Positions 35,016 to 40,000 of a stretch of DNA of 40,000 nt are shown here, one piece after another. The notes under the pieces are model-generated. The model saw nothing but the letters and a program-made list of their open reading frames with translations. It was not told the origin of the DNA and searched no databases. Source of the stretch: Pseudomonadota bacterium (GTDB lineage Bacteria > Desulfobacterota > Desulfobacteria > Desulfobacterales > Desulfobacteraceae). A program made the position numbers and the translations under genes. The stretch is taken from assembly GCA_043826275.1 (NCBI GenBank), contig JBDRQO010000041.1, positions 9,809-49,808 on the forward strand. The letters run 5' to 3'. Positions within the stretch are counted from its first letter, which is position 1. Each line of letters starts with the position of its first letter.

Positions 35016-35582
35016 CGGAAACTTAAGTATAAAAAAAATGTTGTCAATTTTATTTTTATTACTTTTTATGAAAAAAATAAAAAAGTAATGTTTTTGCAGG
35101 TCAGTGGGAGCAAAAAAGAAAACTATGGTTTAAAAGCCGGAATCAGTCTGTTTTTTCCGGGCATCATTTCAAAGAACAAAAGGAATTGTAAAATTGGGGT
35201 GTGTTTTGATTATGAATGGTATAAGCTTTATGGGTAATGACACAGCAGGCATCCGGGATCTTCGCGGCAACGATAATAGGGGGAGTTCCGGTTGGATTGC
35301 CGTTTGCAGCAATAGGATATTTTGTGCCATATAAAATAATTCATCCTTTTTAAATGAATAAAGAAATATGAAATGTCCTTATCTGTCTATAAAGAAATTT
35401 TAATATTGACACCAAAATATTAAAGATTTAGTGATTAGAAGATAATTTCGATTCCCAAATGCTCATATTATGTTTCGCTTGTGTAGACAGACTCAATCAA
35501 GTTTGTCTTTTTTAGTCTGCTTAACCTTTAGCTAAGGCTGTTTATATCATGTGCTATGCTCAAAAAAAGAAGGAGAAGAACA

Positions 35583-37613
35583 ATGAAACGAATCATTAAA
35601 GGAACAATATTAATATTATTTACAATATTTTTATTAATTTTCAGCACACAGGGTTTTGCCGGATCTTTAAAAGATACGGAATCCGCATCACATTCCGATG
35701 CCGCATCTACCTACGACATTGTGGATACATATACCTATCCGGGCTTTCGCATTATTCAATTCAATCTTGCGGTTCTGTCACATTATTCATATCTGCTGAT
35801 CAGTGGAGACCAGGCCATCGTAGTAGATCCCGGCAGGGACATCTCCACGTATCTTAAGGTCGCACAAAAGGAAAAAGCTATTATAAAAGGAGTGTTGCTG
35901 ACACACAGCCATGCTGATTTTGTGGCCGGTCATACGGAACTTGCCAAAAAAGCCAATTGTCCTGTTTTTATCAGCGCGAAAGCTGATGCCGGATACCCCC
36001 ACACGTCATTGAAAGATGGTTCAACCATTTTAATTGGCAAAGCTGAGTTACAGATACTTGAAACACCGGGACATACACTGGACTGCACAACCGCTATTGT
36101 TTACAGCATAGTTGATGGGGGAAAAAAACAGCAGGCAGCATTTACCGGCGACACCCTTTTTGTGGGGAGCATTGGACGGCCCGACCTGATGGGGGGAACC
36201 ATTTCTGCCGCAGCTCTGGCGTCCATGTCGTTTGATACCTGGCATGACAAGTTATCCAAAATAGAGGATCACGTGGCTGTTTACCCTGCTCACGGTGCCG
36301 GATCGTTATGCGGTGCCCATTTAAGTGACGACCCGTTTTCAACCATTGGTCGTGAACGACAGACCAATCATTATTTGAAATTTTCCGCCAGGAGCGATTT
36401 TATTGCTGCCGTTCTTGAAGGATTACCGGAAGCACCCCAGTATTTCAAACATAATGCCGCCTTGAATAAAAAAGGTCCTGAACCGGTCAACTGGGAAACG
36501 CCTCCTGAAGCCATCACGCCTGACCTGAAACTTACAGATACCGTCACCGCCTATGTCGTAGACTTAAGGGATGCGGATCTCTATGCAAAAAGCCATATCC
36601 CAAACTCCATCAATATCGCGCTTCGGGGGCGGCTGGAAACCTGGGTGGGGATCATGATTCCCTGGGGGGCACCCCTTGTTGTAACCGGGAGCCGGGAGGA
36701 AATTAACGAGGCAACCTTTCGACTGAATCGGGTCGGATACAGCGCCCGGGCCTTATTGTTTGATTCCTGGGCTGCCGCATCCCTGCCGTTAAAAACCGTG
36801 GACCTGTTAGCACCGAAAACGCTGTATGATGCCATGAAAGCAGGAACGGCCCCTGTCATTGTTGACGTTCGTCTGCCAACCGAATGGATGGGTCTGAGAA
36901 TCGGGCAGGTCATCAATATGCCGTTAAATCAACTGGCACACCTGTCAAGCAAACTCGACCCTGCAGAACCGGTTGTGGCGGTGTGTAACTCTGCCTATCG
37001 ATCCAGCCTTGCCCTGGGCATCCTTGAACAGAAAGGTTTTATAAAAGTCACCAGTTTGAAAGGCGGCAGTCAGGCCTGGATTGATGCCGGATATCCGGTT
37101 TTTGGTTCAGACAATCAAAAAGCCCAATCAGCTCAAGGTACGGCTGCAAAAATGGAAATCAAACTGCCTGGAAGAATATCTTCCGGAGAATTAAAAAGCC
37201 TGATCATGGATCTTCCTCAAACGTTTGATCTGGTGGACATCCGGCCACCGGCTTTTTATACTGATTTTCATCTGCCGCAATCGGTGAATGTCGATCTGGC
37301 TGATCTTCTGGCCAATCCGGCCTATCTTGTGGGTACCGGGCCTCTGATCATTGTGGACAGGGATGGAACCCTGTCCATGATGGCTGCGGGTATACTCTTT
37401 AATAAAACAAAACGGGAGATCAAGGCCTTGAGAGGCGGCCTGGAAGCCTATTGGGGTGAGTCGGAGTTTCAAGGGACGTTCAAAGAAAATTCGGTGCCCC
37501 AAAAACAAAAGACTGAGCCGGCTGACGTACCATCCAAAATGAATATTCCGCAACCCAGTGTTCCGGTTCAGCAGACACCTGAAAAACCGAAAAAGAAAAG
37601 TGCGGGGTGCTGA
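35583..37613 (+). CDS. Exported MBL-fold persulfide-dioxygenase-like protein fused to three rhodanese domains (one with catalytic Cys)
   Basis: ATG at 35583 (AGGAG 7 nt upstream). Signal MKRIIKGTILILFTIFLLIFSTQGFAG. MBL/PDO motifs LLTHSHADF, ETPGHTLDC and TGDTLF. Rhodanese 2 has the active-site loop VAVCNSAYRSS (Cys codon 36983-36985). Rhodanese 1 (VVTGSREE) and 3 (IVDRDGT) lack Cys. The Pro/Lys-rich tail ends ...KKKSAGC. Confidence 0.85.
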   Translation: MKRIIKGTILILFTIFLLIFSTQGFAGSLKDTESASHSDAASTYDIVDTYTYPGFRIIQFNLAVLSHYSYLLISGDQAIVVDPGRDISTYLKVAQKEKAIIKGVLLTHSHADFVAGHTELAKKANCPVFISAKADAGYPHTSLKDGSTILIGKAELQILETPGHTLDCTTAIVYSIVDGGKKQQAAFTGDTLFVGSIGRPDLMGGTISAAALASMSFDTWHDKLSKIEDHVAVYPAHGAGSLCGAHLSDDPFSTIGRERQTNHYLKFSARSDFIAAVLEGLPEAPQYFKHNAALNKKGPEPVNWETPPEAITPDLKLTDTVTAYVVDLRDADLYAKSHIPNSINIALRGRLETWVGIMIPWGAPLVVTGSREEINEATFRLNRVGYSARALLFDSWAAASLPLKTVDLLAPKTLYDAMKAGTAPVIVDVRLPTEWMGLRIGQVINMPLNQLAHLSSKLDPAEPVVAVCNSAYRSSLALGILEQKGFIKVTSLKGGSQAWIDAGYPVFGSDNQKAQSAQGTAAKMEIKLPGRISSGELKSLIMDLPQTFDLVDIRPPAFYTDFHLPQSVNVDLADLLANPAYLVGTGPLIIVDRDGTLSMMAAGILFNKTKREIKALRGGLEAYWGESEFQGTFKENSVPQKQKTEPADVPSKMNIPQPSVPVQQTPEKPKKKSAGC

Positions 37614-37615
37614 TC

Positions 37616-38128
37616 ATGAATTCATCTGCCAAACCTTATATGAATCCCTATCTTGCCGGGATCTGCCTCGGACTGGTTTTAACGGCATCTTTCCTGATCC
37701 TTGGAACCGGACTTGGCGCATCCTCCGGCATCGCGAGAATTGCAGCAGCAGCGGAGGCATGGCTTCTGCCGGAACACACTGCCAATACAGCATATTTTGG
37801 TGCCTGGGGTAAGCATCCGCTTGATTATTATCTGGTATACATGTTTGTCGGTACCATTATCGGCGGTCTTGTTTCTTCCATCCAAGAAAAAAGGCTTGTC
37901 CTTCAACTGGAAAAAGGCAGGAAGTGCTCTTCTATGAAAAGAATAGGCCTGGCCTTAGCCGGTGGCCTGCTTGTTGGATATGCCAGCCGCCTTGCCCAGG
38001 GGTGCACATCGGGCCAGGCCCTGACCGGAGGTGCTGTCTTGTTAACCGGCAGTTTTATCTTTTTGATCTGCCTGTTTGCCAGCGGGTATGCCGCAGCCTT
38101 TTTTGTAAGGAGGCAATGGGATGATTGA
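37616..38128 (+). CDS. YeeE/YedE (sulfur-transport family) membrane protein, first half-transporter
   Basis: ATG at 37616, 2 nt after the upstream stop; an alternative GTG lies at 37607. It has multiple TM helices and the family motif LAQGCTSGQALTGG. Confidence 0.8.
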   Translation: MNSSAKPYMNPYLAGICLGLVLTASFLILGTGLGASSGIARIAAAAEAWLLPEHTANTAYFGAWGKHPLDYYLVYMFVGTIIGGLVSSIQEKRLVLQLEKGRKCSSMKRIGLALAGGLLVGYASRLAQGCTSGQALTGGAVLLTGSFIFLICLFASGYAAAFFVRRQWDD

Positions 38129-40000
38129 TACATTGTTTGGTCTTGGACAGCTGGATTCACCAAAAGCGCTTTTCATGTCCCTGATTATTGGTATTTTATT
38201 TGGGATTGTACTGGAACGTGCGGGTTTTGGCAGTTCGCGCAGGCTTTCCGGGGTATTTTATTTTAAAGACATGACTGTGATTAAAGTCATGTTCACGGCC
38301 ATGATTACTGCTATCATAGGCATTGCCCTGTGCTTACGCTTTGGCCTGGTCACTGAGCAGGCCATTTATTTGAATCCAACTTTATATAAAGCCCAGATTA
38401 TTGGCGGCCTTCTTTTCGGGATTGGTTTTGTCATGGGCGGGTGGTGCCCGGGTACTGCTGCGGTGGGAGCTGCCTCAGGAAAATGGGATGCGTTTGTTTT
38501 TCTTGCAGGCGCCATGGGCGGCAGTCTTTTTTTTAATGAAACCTATTCCTGGGTAAAAGGATTATTTGACGCTGAAAATCAACATATTGCTTTTGTATAT
38601 CAGTCTTTGGGTATGTCAAAAGACTGGTTTGTCCTGTTCTTTGTCCTGGCAGGAATTATGATTTTCTGGGGTATGGAACGGATTGAAAAACAAAGGAAAC
38701 AACAAAGCGAGGTTTTAAATTCAGTTTTTTTAAAACGATTCTCATTTATTCTGCTCATTGCCGGATTTTGCGTTTTCATCATCACCGGGCCTCAATTTTC
38801 TGCTGAAAAGACAAAAAATTCACAGTCACAGTCACAATTAAATTCATCACAAACTTCAGAACAAACATTATTAACCCGGATCGATAATGCACTGGATCAT
38901 ATTGAACCCGAAGAACTGGCCCGCAGGATAATCAAAGGGCAGCAAGACCTTGTTCTGGTGGATGTCAGGTCTGAACCGGAATTCTCAAAATTCCATATTA
39001 AAACCGCGCGCCATATCCCGTTAAAGGATCTTGTTCAACAGCTTGCACCCTACAAAAACCTGGGGCTGATCGTGCTGTATTCAAACGGGATGACTCACCC
39101 GGCACAGGCCAGGGATACACTCTCCCGTCTTGGGTTCGACAATGTCTATATCATGACCGACGGGCTGGATGGATTTATCAGCAGGTGTCTGAAACCCATA
39201 TCACTTAGATCCGAACCCGTACCTGAATCCAATGCCCGGGAAATTAATCAATGGCAGCAGTTTTTTTTGTTTCCCGCCTCTTCTTCTGCAGAAAACAATT
39301 CCCTGGACAGCTCGGCGTTGAATGGCCTGCTCCTTCCCGGCATCATCGATTCTCAAAAACTGTCCACTCTTTTAGACACCACGGATATAAGAGTGATTGA
39401 TCTTCGCAGCCAGCCTGAATACAATACCAGCCATATCCCCGGGTCCCTGGCCTTAAATGTGGAAAGCTTAAGGGGGAACATCAACGGTGTTCCATCCTGT
39501 CTGCTGCCGGCGCCCTTGTTGGCAGGCCACCTGTCCCTGATGGGGATACAGCCCAAAACCCTTGTGGTGATGGTTTACGGGGAAAAAGTCCAGGACGCGA
39601 CCCTGGCCGGAATGGCAATGGAAAGACTGGGACATGAAAATTATGCATTGCTTGCCGGCGGATTTTCAAGTTGGACAGCAAAGGGACTTCCAACGGATAC
39701 GATGCTTCCGGAAATAAAGGGTACAACCTACCCGGAATCAGATCATGACCAGTTTACAATTGACTATAAAACCGTATGGACTCACGTGAAAAACAAAACA
39801 GCCGTCATTATAGATGTCAGGCCGCACGCCTATTATACGGGAGAAAAATCAGATGAAGCTCGGCCCGGTCATATTCCCGGGGCAGTGAATCGGCCATTTG
39901 ACATGGATACTGTTAAACAAACAGATGGAACAGAATTTAAATCCATCTCAGAACTCAGTATAGTATATGAAAAATTAATTCCTTCAAAAGAATCTCTTGT
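38121..40000 (+). CDS. YeeE/YedE second half-transporter fused to three rhodanese-like domains; 3' end beyond window (absent from supplied ORF track)
   Basis: Hand translation. ATG at 38121 with AAGGAGG 7 nt upstream, overlapping the upstream stop by 8 nt. It stays open to base 40000 (626 codons). YeeE motif GGWCPGTA, then a Ser/Gln linker. Rhodanese 1 (VLVDVRSEPEF...VLYSNGMTH) has no Cys. Domains 2 and 3 resemble a tandem thiosulfate sulfurtransferase (IDLRSQPEYNTSHIPGS...; DVRPHAYYTGE...RPGHIPGAVN). The catalytic loop of domain 3 would lie past the window end. Confidence 0.8.
   Translation, partial: MIDTLFGLGQLDSPKALFMSLIIGILFGIVLERAGFGSSRRLSGVFYFKDMTVIKVMFTAMITAIIGIALCLRFGLVTEQAIYLNPTLYKAQIIGGLLFGIGFVMGGWCPGTAAVGAASGKWDAFVFLAGAMGGSLFFNETYSWVKGLFDAENQHIAFVYQSLGMSKDWFVLFFVLAGIMIFWGMERIEKQRKQQSEVLNSVFLKRFSFILLIAGFCVFIITGPQFSAEKTKNSQSQSQLNSSQTSEQTLLTRIDNALDHIEPEELARRIIKGQQDLVLVDVRSEPEFSKFHIKTARHIPLKDLVQQLAPYKNLGLIVLYSNGMTHPAQARDTLSRLGFDNVYIMTDGLDGFISRCLKPISLRSEPVPESNAREINQWQQFFLFPASSSAENNSLDSSALNGLLLPGIIDSQKLSTLLDTTDIRVIDLRSQPEYNTSHIPGSLALNVESLRGNINGVPSCLLPAPLLAGHLSLMGIQPKTLVVMVYGEKVQDATLAGMAMERLGHENYALLAGGFSSWTAKGLPTDTMLPEIKGTTYPESDHDQFTIDYKTVWTHVKNKTAVIIDVRPHAYYTGEKSDEARPGHIPGAVNRPFDMDTVKQTDGTEFKSISELSIVYEKLIPSKESL

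Noticed and set aside
34940-35100. CIRCE (HrcA) or HAIR (HspR) element, or a sigma-32-type promoter, upstream of dnaK
   Set aside because: I found no acceptable match to TTAGCACTC-N9-GAGTGCTAA, CTTGAGT-N7-ACTCAAG or CTTGAAA/CCCCAT. There is only a TTGACA box with a weak -10 (TAAGTT), so I did not call a promoter feature.
34722-35237. 171-aa plus-strand ORF spanning the dnaK 5' end and the AT-rich spacer
   Set aside because: The first half is antisense to dnaK. The second half is Lys/Asn/Phe-rich translation of AT-rich intergenic DNA.

Overview
The window comes from a diderm (Gram-negative) bacterium with moderately low GC. This is shown by TamA/TamB, lipobox lipoproteins, a PEP-CTERM protein and sigma-54-type promoters. 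A Desulfobacterales-like deltaproteobacterium is my guess only; I cannot verify it. No rRNA, tRNA, CRISPR array, transposase, integrase or phage gene was seen. All domain calls rest on motifs read by eye in the translations; no database search was run.

The window has three blocks.

(1) Bases 1-20525, minus strand. This is an almost gap-free run of 13 co-directional genes. Every product except one ABC ATPase carries a signal peptide, a lipobox or TM helices. The genes encode:
- a small secreted DUF4352-like protein;
- a 1543-aa secreted giant that shares its N-terminal domain with that small protein;
- an exported vWA/MIDAS protein;
- a MacB/FtsX-type ABC ATPase and a permease with an oversized periplasmic domain;
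- an exported FGE-sulfatase (SUMF1) domain protein;
- a 605-aa secreted protein of unknown function;
- a glycine-zipper plus coiled-coil lipoprotein;
- a coiled-coil lipoprotein;
- an S41 (Ctp/Prc-type) peptidase;
- a 301-aa secreted protein of unknown function;
- a ~930-aa zinc phospholipase-C-like protein with an Ig/PKD-like tail;
- a membrane protein cut by the window edge.
I do not recognise this combination as any named system. It is my main candidate for an undescribed envelope machine.

(2) Bases 20.8-35 kb, ordinary genes: glpD, an MscS-family channel, a CorA with a GTN variant of the GMN motif, an orphan PEP-CTERM protein behind a good sigma-54 promoter match, an overlapping tamB and BamA-sized TamA-like pair, and dnaK.

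(3) Bases 35.5-40 kb, plus strand, a sulfur-handling operon. It encodes a signal-peptide-bearing persulfide-dioxygenase-like MBL protein fused to three rhodanese domains and ending in a flexible tail with a terminal Cys. It also encodes a split YeeE/YedE sulfur transporter whose second half is fused to three rhodanese domains and runs off the window.

Two edge-truncated CDSs (1-732 minus, 38121-40000 plus) are absent from the supplied ORF track. I found them by hand translation.
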